From Gammaproteobacteria bacterium (GTDB lineage Bacteria; Pseudomonadota; Gammaproteobacteria; Eutrophobiales; Eutrophobiaceae), in the NCBI GenBank assembly GCA_965222155.1, contig CBDCTH010000012.1:2496001-2560000 (forward strand): a stretch of 64,000 bases of DNA, given 5' to 3'. Every line of letters begins with the position of its first letter. Position 1 is the stretch's first letter. Shown piece by piece: positions 63,951-64,000 of this stretch. The position numbers and the translations under genes were made by a program. The notes beneath the pieces are model-generated. The model saw nothing but the letters and a program-made list of their open reading frames with translations. It did not search any database and was not told the DNA's origin.

Positions 63951-64000
63951 ATGAAAACCGGAGTTATCGGTCTTGGCGCGATGGGCAGCGGCATGGCTTT
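63951..64000 (+). CDS. NAD(P)-dependent oxidoreductase (3-hydroxyisobutyrate dehydrogenase family), partial
   Basis: MKTGVIGLGAMGSGMA Rossmann motif; runs off the window end. Confidence 0.75.
   Translation, partial: MKTGVIGLGAMGSGMA

Overview
Gammaproteobacterial chromosomal segment. The core backbone is the atpIBEFHAGDC-glmU-rraA operon, a SPOR gene, priA, mrcA, aroKB and pyruvate carboxylase. It is interspersed with several toxin-antitoxin modules (many decayed), MITEs and REP-like palindromes, two RTX/T1SS proteins and three sulfatases; a host-associated lifestyle such as sponge symbiosis is my inference only. The main feature is a ~25 kb defence island (24.7-49.9 kb) after aroB, where a type I R-M system is split between hsdM and hsdS by about 12 kb of cargo. 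The cargo includes a CapH/CapP-like regulator pair facing away from a bacterial ubiquitination-like (Bub-type) operon: a triple-Ubl-E2 fusion with an internal QQG site and a Ser-type WSRH motif, a JAB-E1 fusion and a DUF6527-like protein. That operon runs on, with overlapping or closely spaced genes, into an ABC-ATPase-TOPRIM nuclease, a KAP NTPase, hsdS, a macro-domain gene and hsdR. The island also holds a UDG-superfamily + DprA pair, a truncated AbiF-like gene with its upstream RNA hairpin, and an AAA/DUF4276 pair. Two IS21 copies, one containing a nested IS5, inserted independently, and one truncates the CapP-like gene. All family assignments come from motif recognition by eye; no searches were run.
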